A stretch of 64,000 bases of DNA from Raja brachyura (Eukaryota): NCBI GenBank assembly GCA_963514005.1, contig OY740790.1, forward strand, positions 45,570,001 to 45,634,000, written 5' to 3'. The position numbers and the translations under genes are program-made. Shown piece after piece: positions 34,592 through 47,786 of this stretch. Every line of letters starts with the position of its first letter. Position 1 is the first letter of the stretch. The notes under the pieces are model-generated. The model made no database searches and had not been told where the DNA came from. It worked only from the letters and a program-made list of their open reading frames with translations.

Positions 34592-34630
34592 TAGTTCTGA
34601 AGAAGGGTCTCGACCCGAAACGTCGCCTAT
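34592..34630 (+). ncRNA. Minimal type-I hammerhead ribozyme motif (Penelope-associated), within a short repeat ending at about 34690
   Basis: CTGAAGA (34597-34603), A, stem II GGGTC-TC-GACCC, GAAA, C-GTC cleavage triplet (34622-34624); palindromic ACGT in place of stem III. Stem I pairing is weak and activity is untested. Confidence 0.6.
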
Positions 34631-35092
34631 CTCATTTGCTCCTTAGATGCTGCTGCACCCGCTGAGTTTCTCCAGCCTTTTGTGTACCCTCTGATTCTAG
34701 CTTGATAGATTGCCTGCAACTTTTGCTTATGCTGGAAATGGCATTCAAAAGCAGTCTCTTATCTTATTTGTTACCACCTGAAAACAAGGCAATTATTTCA
34801 TTGTTCATTATTCAGAAATTCTCCCATAGTCTACCAACATCTATCAGCATACATTTATTATTATACATTAATAGTTTGCCTCCTTTAAAACTCTGGAGTG
34901 GAAACCATTGGGCACCAAAGATCTATTAATCATTTTATCTGATTGTTTAAAAAAAAGTGATGAGAAATAAACATTCTTTTTAAATCATCATATTGAATTT
35001 AGGTAGCTCCTTCTCTCAACATACGTTGCTTGTAGCTCGGGTTATATAAATTTTTTCCATCACAAGACTCTTATCCTCTAAAAGAAAGGAAT

Positions 35093-35257
35093 GGGCAATA
35101 GGCACTAGGCAATAGGCAATAGGCAATCGGTGCAGGAGTAGGCCATTCAGCCCTTTGAGCCAGCACCGCCATTCAATGTGATCATGGCTGATCATCCCCA
35201 ATCAGTATCCCGTTCCTGCCTTCTCCCCATATCCCTCGACTCTGCTATTTTTAAGAG
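35093..35257 (-). mobile_element. CR1 3' tail
   Basis: (ggcaata)n tail followed by ggtgcaggagtaggccattcagccc... Confidence 0.85.
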
Positions 35258-35956
35258 AAGATGAATGGATAAATAAAGCCCATGCACTTCTAATTTGGTC
35301 TTTAGGTTTGGAGTAGCTTGTACCAGTTGGATCTTCACGGCACACGAGGCACCATGCTCTGCCCATTAGAATTGTCTGAAGTGTGCAAGGAGATTCAATT
35401 GCTTAACACTGCATTCCACCATACAGCCAGACAATGTAATAATTTGTTCTATTTATATTTGTCTTTTTTTCTCTTGTGGAGAAAATAAATTTAGTGAGGT
35501 CTACAAAGGATTTCCTTATCATTTTACAACCAGAAGCAAATTATACAAGAACCAGAGATACTTTTACATTGGTAAATCCAGTACTGATCAATCACATTTG
35601 GTCATAATCATATTATTTTCACTGACTTTTTTTGAGAATTCAGCTCTGTAAACCTCTGCAAATAAAGCGTGTTGCATCTGCCAATACCTGCCATGTCAGT
35701 TCATTGTTCATTTAAAATGTATGTCAATTATTTGTTTGAGTGGTAAGCTTCTAAACTAGTTTGTAGAATGCTGCGTATGAGAAATTAATAAAATACAATA
35801 GAATATATCACAGATAGCTATGAACAAGCCAACACCTAGAGGATATCTTGTGTAAATTATGGTCTGATTATTCTCTAACCTTTCAGAAATAGCTATTTCA
35901 TTGCGATGCAAATGCTGTACAGTTCCTACATCAGTGCTTCTTTTTATTGCTTGCAG

Positions 35957-36068
35957 CTCTTCCTCCAAAGCCACCTAAACCCATGATGTCATTATCTGCC
36001 AATGGAATCAAAGATAGTGGAAGCATATCTCTACAAGATGCTGAATGGTACTGGGGAGACATATCTAG
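35957..36068 (+). CDS. PIK3R3: PIK3R3 coding exon 2 (Pro-rich motif, start of nSH2)
   Basis: (A)[36 protein letters not shown](R); ttgcag| acceptor, AG|gtgggt donor. Confidence 0.96.
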
Positions 36069-36592
36069 GTGGGTATATTTGTTGTGCCTATTTCATTCCT
36101 ATCAACTTGAACTGCAATGTTTGCTTAACAAAAACCACTCAATAGCTAATTAATAGCCTCCACCAAATTCAGTTGCTTCTCCTACAACTACTATTTAACA
36201 GAAATGCAAAATTATATTTATGCACTGTTTAGCTTTAGCTTCATGGCTTTAAAAAAAAAAAAAATTAAAAAAAACTCATAGAATACACATAGACTATCTC
36301 ATAAAAATCCTTATAGACAAAAAGCTTGCCTATAAGCATATCAGCAAGAAACCCAATGAAAAAGCAGAATGTTCTTGAATAGGAAACGGAAAAGGCACAA
36401 AGATGAACAGAAGTATTTTACCACCTTTAAATGCTGTTGTAGCTTCGCATAATTAAAATGTGCACAAAAAGGTATTCAGAATAGAGTTGCTAGTCTTGTT
36501 ATAGTGGTAGCATAGCAAATTGAGTTTTGGTTGTGATGGCTTTGCATTTAAAAGTGACCTGCTTTGGAACCTTCTAATCCCTCCACTTTTAA

Positions 36593-36790
<198 letters not shown>

Positions 36791-37020
36791 TAATTGGATT
36801 TAAAAATTCAACTCTACCTTTTGTAATTCACTTATCACCAAGTGACATGTAAATGGTGCAGAGAGATCTCTCAATTTTCAGCACACCTCCTACGCACATC
36901 CTTGTGCTGCATCTGTACAAATATCTCCAAGGAAATAATAAGTAACTTCTAAATTATCAATTCTAATTTAACTTCCTTGACTATTTGCCTCCACAGTCTT
37001 TTGCAAGAGACTAGAATGGT

Positions 37021-37058
37021 GGGGGGGGGGGGGGGGGGGGGGGGAGGAGGAGGAGGAG
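37021..37058 (+). repeat. G24 homopolymer plus (GGA)n tract
   Basis: Read directly. Confidence 0.9.
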
Positions 37059-37644
37059 TTTATCCCAATTAAATATTGGGAAAGTTGAAGCTGTCATCTT
37101 TAGTGCTTGCCGCAAAGTATCCTCATTATATTTGAAAACTCACAAATTGCCTATGTATTTGTATTTTGTTTCTACAATGATTTAAAAACTGGAAAACAGA
37201 AACCACTGGTTTCACTTAAAAATGTATTATATGTATATAATTGTAGAATTTTTTTCGCAATTATATCGTTCTTGAAATTGCACAAACTACTGCTTGATTT
37301 GTTAATGCAGCCAGTGTACTGTTAAATCTTTTATTTTTATGTTGGCTACAAATAAGAATCCATGCACAAGAAGTGTCCATCAAAGGATTTAGTCATTTGT
37401 CCATCTAACTTCTAACTGCACTAATTTGTGTAATGTTTCTAAAGACATTAGTTGCCTTTCTCCTTGATCAAGCCTCTACCATAAATATTAACAGCAAATT
37501 TGGGTTTGGGTGCAGTGTATCACAATATCATCAGTTTTTAACTCCACGAGAACTTTTTTAAAAATCGGTAATTCTAAGGGAGTGACATAAATTTCCAGCT
37601 GCTTCAAATCTGCATGCATTTTCCACGTGACGATGGACCAGAGT

Positions 37645-37885
37645 TACATAGAAACATAGAAATTAGGTGCAAGAGTAGGCCATTCGGCCCTTCGAGCCTG
37701 CACCGCCATTCAATATGATCATGGCTGATCATCCAACTCAGTATCCCATACCTGCCTTCTCTCCATACCCTCTGATCCCTTTAGCCACAAGGGCCACATC
37801 TAACTCCCTCTTAAATATAGCCAATGAACTGGCCTCAACTACCCTTTGTGGCAGAGAGTTCCAGAGACCCACCACTTTCTGTGTT
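37645..37885 (-). mobile_element. CR1 3' tail
   Basis: catagaaacatagaaa tail followed by taggtgcaagagtaggccattcggcccttcgag... Confidence 0.88.
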
Positions 37886-38897
37886 TAAGCAAGAGTTGTG
37901 ACCACCCAATTCTTACCAATGAAACTCCAGACTTGCAACAATATAACTGTAATGACCTTGCCAGCCACTCCGTTTAAGCATTGTTGGGATTTAGTATTAA
38001 TTGCTGGCCTTGTCATTGACAGGCCACATTCTGTCTACTCTTTGTGTCTACAGTTAATTCTCAAAGTGGACACGAATGATGGGTATGGGATAGGCTTGCT
38101 GTAAATTATTACAGAGGCAAATACTTTGCATTTTCGTATTGGAAACATCTTTCCAATTCCCCCCCCCCCCAGAAAAAAAAGGAATTGCACTGGACAGAAT
38201 AGATCTATTTTGGTTAAAATACTGTGGACAAGTTGCTTCACTAGTTTAACATACATTTACTGAAACCCAAAATAATTTATTTGACTTGAACTTGGGTGCA
38301 TGAAATGACAATGGCCAACTAACCTCGGTTGTAAAGCCCCAAACTTATGTTGCTGTTCTAACATGGTGGAATGCTCTAGGGAATGGGAATATTCCATGAA
38401 TCTGGGGATACTCTGAACATGGTATGTAAATTTACAACACTTTGAGATGTAGTAGTCGGTATCATCCTGCATTGGACTGCATGTACCTGTCCTTGGGTGA
38501 AAAACAAATTGCCATTAATAATTGCCTTGCATTTTCTATGGAACCATTGTCATTGATTTTCAGCACCAGGACATAAAAACATTGAAACCTTTTAGTTCAT
38601 CAGTGCATTTGACACTGCGTATGGCAACTCAAGATGTATATATTATGTGTACTACAAGTTGCCTTTTCGATTTTTGGGTTGCTTTCATCGTTCCATGATC
38701 TTAAAAAAAGTACAGGCAGATTGTTAAACAGATTTGAACAGAAGATTGCAGCTGAGGTTGTAGTTTCATGTCATAGTCCAGTATTCTACCACTGAAGCTG
38801 CTCAGCTGCATTTTAGTTTGTTGTATTAATTTGCCGGACTATTTTTTGACATAAAAACAACAGAAGAACCTTTTTGAGTTTAATTGCAACCGTTTGA

Positions 38898-39197
<300 letters not shown>

Positions 39198-39339
39198 TAA
39201 TCTATTGTTAGAATCTTTTGTTAGACATGTGGTATTGGAATGTTTGGCAATAAACCATATGGTTGGGCAGGGTAGGCACTTGTTTATAAAAACAAATCAT
39301 CTTTGTTCTGAGAACTAATTTCAGTTGTTACTTATCAAG

Positions 39340-40220
39340 GTATGTATGAGGTTTGATGTATTTGAATTTTCAAAAGGCATTTGATAAGTTCAAGTGCTTA
39401 TTACAAATTAATTTCTCTTCATTCCTACAAACCTGAATTAAGAATCTGTTGAGACACTAAATGGATATAAATAGCTCATTTTCAGATTAACACGTTTGAA
39501 TTATTGGTAAATCTCAGACATACTCTCAGCATTAAACTGAAGGAAGGGTACTATGAGGAGGGTGCAAATTTGCTCCAAGGATGTTAAATATGAAAATAAA
39601 AGGCAGATTAAATTTAATATGACTTAGAAAATGGTGCATTTCAGCAGAAAAAAAAGGTTTCAAACAGACTGGGAAATGTTGATATTTAGAATATCCAGAT
39701 TGTACTTGGACATGAATCAAAGTTAATATGGAGGGGTAGCAATTAATTAAGAAGGCAATGGTTTTTGCTCTCATTACATACCGATTTTGGTACGGGTAAA
39801 AGAATATTAAATAGTGCAGTGTTCTTAGTAAGGGCCTATGTTGTGGACTCCCTACCCAAGGAAGGGTATCCTTGGAGAAACGCAATACAGGTTGATACAT
39901 GAGATGAGGTGTAGGAGGGTGCATTTTCCTATGGAGATGCCTATTTTTGCCCAGAATTTAGAAGATAATCTCTCAAACATTTCAAATGCTTGGGAGCTTG
40001 GCAGATTCAGAGCAGAGAGAGTGCTGGCTTTAACTGGACAATCTGGAATGTCTCAGTAAATCTTTAAAATACTTGATCCAAGAGTGATGTGGAGAATTTT
40101 AAATTTTGATACAGAGAATCATTTCATTTGGAAATACTATTGGCATGATCTTATTGAATAGTGAAGCACTCTCATCAGGCCAATGGACAGAGTGATTGAT
40201 CTACTCCTGCTGCAGTTTCT
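39340..40220 (+). mobile_element. Highly decayed CR1-like LINE
   Basis: Remnants of DFQKAFDK-coding DNA at about 39365-39390 and a decayed CR1 tail near 40140-40215. Confidence 0.5.
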
Positions 40221-40680
40221 CAGGGGAGTTGCGCAGTGAGAGTGCTATATCCTAAGAGCGGTTACTGTAACAGGACAGTCCACCATTTAAAAGGCTGTCC
40301 ATTAAAAATTCATGCAGTCAAAGTAATATAATGACAGATCAATCTGTCATACCAAATATTTATTAGTAAGTGAATCTGATGCCTCAGGTGCTGCATGAGG
40401 TCTGCCTCTCTTGCTGATTATTTGGTGCAGAATCTGTATAGACTGCTGTCCTGGAATACCAGTTTTATTTAGCCTTGTGCAGAAGGATTTTATCTGCACG
40501 TCATTATATATAATGTTGTGTTTATTATATTCAGTGAATGGTGAAAAGACAATTGCCTTTTGCAGATTTAAAACTTTGGTAATATAACAAATTATTTAGT
40601 GTAATTTTAGCAGTCATCGTAATGAAACAAATCGTGGTGAAAATATAGTTATTCTATGTGTGGTTCACTTTATTAAACAG

Positions 40681-40806
40681 GATCAGGTGGTGAAAGAAGA
40701 TAATATTGATGCTGTTGGTAAAAAACTGCAGGAATACCATAACCAATATCAGGATAAGAGTAAAGAATATGACCGGCTTTATGAAGAATACACAAGGACG
40801 TCACAG
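40681..40806 (+). CDS. PIK3R3: PIK3R3 coding exon 5 (iSH2)
   Basis: [42 protein letters not shown]; aaacag| acceptor, CAG|gtatgt donor. Confidence 0.97.
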
Positions 40807-40810
40807 GTAT

Positions 40811-40942
40811 GTGCAGGAAGGAACTGCAGATGCTGGTTTAAACCGAAGATAGACACAAAAAGCCGAAGTAACTTAGTGGGACAGGCAGCATCTCTGGAGG
40901 GAAGGAATGGGTGACGTTCTGGGTCGAGACACTTCTTCAGAC
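40811..40942 (-). mobile_element. Penelope-derived hammerhead-type short repeat
   Basis: The minus strand reads gtCTGAAGAAGTGTCTCGACCCAGAACGTCACCCATTCC...; the GAAA core is mutated. Confidence 0.8.
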
Positions 40943-41683
40943 ACGTCTCTACTGGATTGTGTTATAATCTCAAATGCTAGTTTTGACTCTTTCTTCTATT
41001 CAAATATCATCAGCCATCTTTTAATCAGATCTTGTGGACCTAAGCAACCAGCAATGATACACTGTGGATAACCAGCTAGGCTAACTGAAGAGACATGAAT
41101 TTATAATTGAACTTGAATTTATAATTTAAGTCTCTTCATTCACATTTAGGGCATCCAAAAGCACTTGACAACATGATTTTATCTAATGTGTGTTTTTGGT
41201 TGAAACATGCTGGGGATTACTACTTTCTTCGGAGAGAGCATACAGGGCTTCATTTTTAAGTTTTGAAAGCAGGCCTTTCAATTCTGCAGTTATGCCTCAA
41301 TATGGCAGCGTGTCTCATCATAGTTTTTGGTATGCAGGTCTATAAATTCAAACTTAAATCTGGAATCTTCCAACTTGCCAAGTGTCCCAGCTGCTAAGCG
41401 ATGGCGAGCACTGAGTTTGATGTATTTATAAAGACTGAGGCAAAGAGGGGGAAGGTGAAAGCAGTGCAGGGCTGAACAATGGGAATAGGATATTTTTGTC
41501 GTTTTTTTTCAGGGTGCTATCGGAAGTTCTTGGGGAGCAAATTACAAAAGATTGTAACAATTGCTTAAGGTTGATTGTTCAATGGACTTTTTTATTTTGC
41601 AATATGGAAATTACTTTAGTTTGGGTAGCTAATACTGGTAATGACAGTGTTGGCACTTATCGTGTGCGGAATATGATGGTTTA

Positions 41684-43300
41684 CAGTGCCCTCCATAATG
41701 TTTGGGACAAAGACCCATTTATTTATTTGCCTCTGTACTCCACAATTTGAGATTTGTAATAGAAAAAAATCACACATGGTTAAAGTGCACATTGTCAGAT
41801 TTTAATAAAGGCCATTTTTATACATTTTGGTTTCACCATGTAGAAAGTACAGCGGTGTTTGTACATAGTCCCCCCCATTTCAGGGCACCATAATGTTTGA
41901 GACACAGCAATGTCATGTAAATTAAAGCAATCATGTTTAGTATTTTGTTGCATATCCTTTGCATGCAATGACTGCTTGAAGTCTGCGATTCATGGACATC
42001 ACCAGTTGCTGGGTGTCTTCTCTGGTGATGCTCTGCCAGGCCTGTATTGCAGCCATCTTTTTTTGTGCTTGTTTTGGGAACTAGTCCCCTTCAGTTTTCT
42101 CTTCAGTATATAAAAGGCATGCTCAATTGGGTTCAGATCTGACGATTGACTTGACCACTGAAGAATTGACCATGTTTTAGCTTTGAAAAACTCCTTTGTT
42201 GCTTTAGCAGCATGTTTGGAATAATTGTCTTGCTGTAGAATCAACCATTGGCCAAAGGGTTTTGAGGCATTTTTTGGAACGAGCAGATAGGATGTGTCTA
42301 TAAACTCCAGAATTGTTTGTGCTACTACCTTCAGTTGCATCTTCAATGAAGAGAAGGGAGCCAGTACCGTCAGCAGCCATACATGCCCAGGCCATAACAC
42401 CCCCACCACTGTTTCACAGATGAGGTGGTATACTTTGGATCTTGGGCAGTTCTATCTCTTTTGCATACTTTGCTCTTGCCATCACTCTGTTATGTTAATC
42501 TTCGTCTCATCTGTCCACAAGACCATTTTCCAGAATTGTGGTTGCTCTTTTAAGTACTTCTTGGCAAACTGTAACCTGGCCATCCTATTTTTGCAACTAA
42601 CGAGTGGTTTCATCTTGCAGTGTAGCCTCTGTGTTTCTGTTCATGAAGTCTTCAGTGGTCAATGACAAATCTACACATGACTCCTGAAGAACGTTTCGGA
42701 TCTGTCAGACAGGTGTTTTGGGATTTTTCTTTATTATAGTGAGAATTCTTCTGTCATCAGCTGTGGCCTGCCATTCCCTTTGCGATTAGTAAGCTCACCA
42801 TTGCTCTCTTTCTTCTTAATGATGTCCCAAACAGTTGGTAAGTCTAATGTTTGGCCGATGTCTCTAACAGTTTTATTCTTGTTTCTCAGTCTCATAATGG
42901 CTTCTTTGACTTTAATTGGCACAATTTTGGTCCTCATGTTGATAAACCACAATAGAAGTTTCCAAAGGTGATGGAAAGACTGGTGGAAAGACCAGGTGCT
43001 CAAAGCTCTCTTATACCTGCATGAAGGAGTCAATTGAATACACCTGAGCAATTACAAACACCTGTGAATCCATGTGTCGTAAACATTATGGTGCCCTGAA
43101 ATGAGATGGACTATGTATAAACACAGCTGTAATTTCTACATGGTGAAACCAAGATGTATAAAAATACCCTTTAATAACATCTGACCATGAGCACTTTAAC
43201 CACATGTGATTTTTTTTTCTATTACAAATCTCAAATTGTGGAGTACAGAGGCAAATTCATAAATGATGGGTCTTTGTCCCAAACATTATGCAGGGCACTG
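41684..43300 (-). mobile_element. Full-length (1617 bp) defective Tc1-family DNA transposon, IR/DR type, DD34E transposase pseudogene
   Basis: TA TSD at 41682-41683 and 43301-43302; about 220-bp TIRs starting CAGTGCCCT; inner direct repeats near 41881 and 43075-43100; minus ORFs with a paired-like HTH/GRP motif (42734-43051) and QQDN-x33-E (DLNPIE, 41999-42409); frameshifted. Confidence 0.95.
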
Positions 43301-44252
43301 TACATACTTGGATACTGCCGTCAACTTTCAATTAATATGTAGGACTGTACGATCTGCTAATCATCACTTTGGCTTTTTGAAAGAACCAATGAGTATTCAA
43401 GAGCTATCTTTCAAACATTGCTACCTTAAAATGTATTTAGTCGTGTTTGGTTGGATTTTTTTTTAAAGAGGTGACACGCTACCTTTGTGGTTTGCTTCAA
43501 GCTGTGTGCTGAGGCCAAGTCTTTCAAAATGCACACTTTGCAGCCTTGTTATTATAAAAACACTTTTTTCAATGAAGTTCACTAACTTGTGGTTCTTGGA
43601 AAAATTGTTACTAAATCTTTCAAAGATTGGATTAAAATATACTTGTCCCAAAATCCCTTTTTTTCTTTTATTTGGAATGTTTTGGCATCTACTTTAGTTA
43701 AATTGTGAGTGTACTTGGATAAGCTTTGTCTTATGTTTGTGCAAGCATTCTTGTGTTCAAAGTGGCCTGTTGATCTCTTACAGTACTGAGTTTGTCCTCA
43801 AACTCTAGCTCTCTTTGGCTAGTGATAGAATAGTGATGCATTAGTATAAATCTAGAAATCATGTGATAGCAATTTATTTCCCCCTCTATCTATTATTAAT
43901 TGAAACCATTGCACAGATGTTGATACAGTACTGTGATTGTATTGTGGGATAAGTTTCACATTGACAGAACTTCTCAAATTTTGTTTCTCCTTGTTAAACA
44001 TTTCACTTAAGCTATGGTTTGCAAAATGAGCTGGAAATTTAGACCCTTCACCAAAAAAATTGCATTGTATTGGTGATATGAGCTGTTTGGTTTCAGGGCA
44101 TTGGTAACTCTATCCCATCATGAAAATTGAGATTACCCTTTAAGAAGAGTTGACCAACTTTATTAATAGCAGTGGTTAATGGGCAAACTATTACATTGTT
44201 TACAACTGATAAATTGGTCACTTAACCATAAAACTGATCTGAATCTTAACAG

Positions 44253-44395
44253 GAAATACAAATGAAGAGAACTGCAATTGAAGCCTTTAATGAAACAATA
44301 CAAATATTTGAAGAACAGTGTCACACTCAAGAGCGCTACAGTAAAGAATATATTGAAAGATTTCGCAGGGAGGGCAATGAGAAGGAAATTGAACG
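44253..44395 (+). CDS. PIK3R3: PIK3R3 coding exon 6 (iSH2)
   Basis: [47 protein letters not shown](R); taacag| acceptor, CG|gtatgt donor. Confidence 0.96.
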
Positions 44396-45363
44396 GTATG
44401 TTGTTTTGCTTTTACTCAAATAATAACTTAATGAAGTAACCCTAATCTCTCACAGAATACAACTAATATTAACTGTCATTTAAAAGTTCAACACAGGGAG
44501 GTCATTCAACTAACATGACCTGTACCTTTGTGTATGCTCCCACCTGCGTCCTTCCCATATACCCTTCAGCTTGGAAGCATAAACTGACTTCCTTCCTTGC
44601 TATCTCTTGGATCTCAGACAAAAACTGCAATTGTTGTAAATCCTAAATAAGAGCCAAAGTTATGAGAAATCCTCTCCAACACCAGCATTTCTAAAAAGAG
44701 AGAACAGTTAATGTCTCCAGTCAATTACTTTTCATTAGAACATGCATTTCTTGGCTTTTATTCAATTTTAGATCTGCCTGTTTTTAAATTAATTCCACAA
44801 TATGCATTTGTCGCATTTAAACCTAATTTTTCCACTGTTAACTATCCCCTGGTTTGATGACATTAGCTAACTGATACATTCAGAAACTGAATCCAGCTGA
44901 TCAGTTCATTTCACAATAAGAATCTCCTTCATAATGTACTTAAATCACTGGAATGGGAGTAAGTCTTTTAGCCCCTCTTATTGGTTGTGCTCTTCAATGA
45001 GATCATGCCTAATCTGAATTTAATTAACCTCAGACTATTCTTCCTAAACCCTGACATTCCAATGAGTGGAAATATTGTCTTGCTGCCTCCTGTTGTTCTA
45101 CTTTATTATCTTCAACATTACCATAAAATGCCATATATTGAAGGCATGCAGTGTTTAGGATAATTTTGTATTCATAAAGCGCATCCTATGTAAACCTACC
45201 TCAAGTCAGCAATATACACAAATATCCTGTCAGGTTATAAGATACAGGAAAGGTGAATTTGTGAAAGACTTTGTAAAGTTTGACTCAATAAATATAAACC
45301 ATTAGCACCATTCATGTAGTATCCCGATGTGCAAACTGAAACAAACCTTCCCTTGTATGCCAG

Positions 45364-45540
45364 GATAATGATGAATTATGAAAAACTCAAATCTCGTCTT
45401 GGGGAGATCCATGACAGCAAGATGCGCCTGGAACAGGATCTGAAGAAACAAGCGTCTGATAACAGAGAGATTGACAAGAAAATGAACAGCATCAAGCCAG
45501 ACCTTATTCAGCTGCGAAAGATCAGGGATCAGTACCTTGT
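45364..45540 (+). CDS. PIK3R3: PIK3R3 coding exon 7 (iSH2)
   Basis: [58 protein letters not shown](V); tgccag| acceptor, GT|gtaagt donor. Confidence 0.97.
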
Positions 45541-45640
45541 GTAAGTAGCGACACAAAATAAATGACATTAAATTTACTTTATTGACAGGCCATACTTGGC
45601 TGAGTGTAACAATTAACAATTTATGTCTGTCCATTTGCAG

Positions 45641-45715
45641 ATGGCTCAATCACAAAGGAGTACGTCAAAAACGAATAAATGACTGGCTAGGAATCAAAAA
45701 TGAAAATACAGACGA
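45641..45715 (+). CDS. PIK3R3: PIK3R3 coding exon 8
   Basis: WLNHKGVRQKRINDWLGIKNENTD(D); follows a 100-bp intron; ttgcag| acceptor, GA|gtgagt donor. Confidence 0.96.
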
Positions 45716-45799
45716 GTGAGTGTAATTTTTCATGTAAATACTTGTTAAACTTCAAGCTGAAATAGTAATACAGTTACTATTATCCTTGCAACTGTTAAC

Positions 45800-46078
45800 G
45801 TTAGATTTTAGAGATACAATGCGGAAACAGGCCCCTTTGGACCACCCTGTACACTAGCACTATCCTACACACAAGGGACAATTTATAATTTTACCAAAGC
45901 CAATTAACCTACAAACTATGTCTTAGGAGTGTGGGAGGAAATCTGAGCACCCGGAGAAAACCCACATGGTCACAGGGGGAATGTACAAACTCGTACAAAT
46001 AGTACCCATAATTAGGATAGAACTCGGGTCTCTGGCGCTGGAAAGCAGCAGATCTACTGCAACGCCACTGTACCACTG
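45800..46078 (-). mobile_element. tRNA-derived SINE (HE1-like)
   Basis: gagtgtgggaggaaatctgagcacccggagaaaacccac...ctctggcgctg...gccactgtacc, the reverse of the SINE head and core. Confidence 0.8.
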
Positions 46079-46527
46079 TTTTCTTTTAGACTAATTTATA
46101 AATGCCAATATCTTTCAATCTGTATCCGTACAGCACTTGGAAAGGTATTGGCTCGGAAGTACATTTCTTTTCCACTTTAACTAGGAGTTGAGCAACTGCT
46201 TTCAAGTAAACCTCCTCTGAGTGTTAGTGACTAAGAGTCAGCTTCCAGGATTCTTCCTTGTTGTGGTAATGTAGCCAAAATAGCATTACAAAAATGTTGA
46301 AGGAGATGGTTATTTACAATAAAACATGACTTCAACATTTTATGAGTAAAAAATTCTACTTTGATCTACTTTGTTTTAAGTGCAATAGGGGATAGAAATC
46401 AGTGATACATTAATTTACCTGGTTAGCAAATAGGAAAAGGTTGATGTTGTATCAGAAAATAGTTAAGAGAAGTGCATATTTTCAGATTTGCAGTATTCTA
46501 GTTTTGTCTTTTTTTAATTGAATTGAT

Positions 46528-47040
46528 TAGAAACATAGAAAAATAGTTGCAGGTGTAGGCTATTCGGCCCTTCGAGCCAGCACTGCCATTTGATACGATC
46601 ATGGCTGATCATCTAAAATCAGTACCCTGTTCCAGCTTTTCCCCATAACCCTTGATTCCTTTAGCCCTGAGAGCTAAATTGACCTCCCTCTTGAAAACAT
46701 CCAGTAAATTGGCCTCCACTGTCTTCTGTGGCAGAGAATTCCACAACTCTCTGGATTGAAAGACACAGCATGGAAATAGGCTCTTCAGCCAACCAAGTCC
46801 AGGCCAGCTATCGGTCACACATTCAAACTTGTTCTGTCTTGTTCCAATTTCACATCTTCAAACTAGGGACAATTTATAGAGGCCAATTAACCTATAAAAC
46901 CACATGTCTTTTGGATGTGGAAATAAAACAGATCACCGGGAGGAAACTCACATGGTCACGGAGAACATGCAAACTCCACACAGGCAGCACTTAAGTCAGG
47001 ATTAAAACTGTCTGGCGCTGCAAGGCACCATCTGTGGCAC
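46528..47040 (-). mobile_element. CR1 3' tail (46528-46750) abutting an HE1-like SINE (46760-47040)
   Basis: tagaaacatagaaa tail and WNSLPQKTVEA..FKRE in minus ORF 46609-46818; SINE core follows. Confidence 0.78.
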
Positions 47041-47615
47041 CTTTAGCTGGGAGAAGAATAAATATGCTTTAAAACTGTTGATTCTGTAGGAAACTTCACT
47101 AATCTTGGAATCAATATCTATTTTCCAGGAGTCCAAATTTGGTGCTGCTCCTCATTACATTTTCAAAGCACAATTCAAAGCATGCTTTTCTATCTGTTGG
47201 CAAATCATTAATTGTGCAATTAATCATGTTATCCAGATTATATACATTGGTTTTGTAATGGTGAATGTCAAGCTAATGATTTAAATAAGTGGTTGTGTTG
47301 TCATGAATACCTCAGAGGTCCAGTAGAAAGATAGTTTCATCTCTTCACTTTTTAAGTAATGGAGCCAATTCTATGTGTCTCGGCCATGTTGATCTATTTA
47401 AATGGGCTTTTGACTCGATTGTTTGGAAAAACCTTTGTGCCATTCATTATACCAGTTTAATAGTGTGTACGCTGCAATGTTATTAGGATAGGGTTCCTAT
47501 TTAGGTTTGGTTTGTAGTCGTTGACATTTGGGTACAAAATAAAGTATTGATAACATCACTGACATGCACTCTGCAGGTTTCAGTAAGTAACTTGTTATAT
47601 ACAATTTCACCTCAG

Positions 47616-47786
47616 CACATATTTCATGACTGAAGAAGATGAAAATCTTTCTCACTATGATGAAAAGACCTGGTTTGTAGGAGCTATTAATCGAACACAA
47701 GCTGAAGATTTACTTCGAGGAAAATCAGATGGTGCCTTCCTAATCAGAGAAAGCAGTAAAAAGGGCTGTTACGCTTGTTCTGTGGT
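47616..47786 (+). CDS. PIK3R3: PIK3R3 coding exon 9 (cSH2)
   Basis: [56 protein letters not shown](V); cctcag| acceptor, GT|gtaagt donor. Confidence 0.96.
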
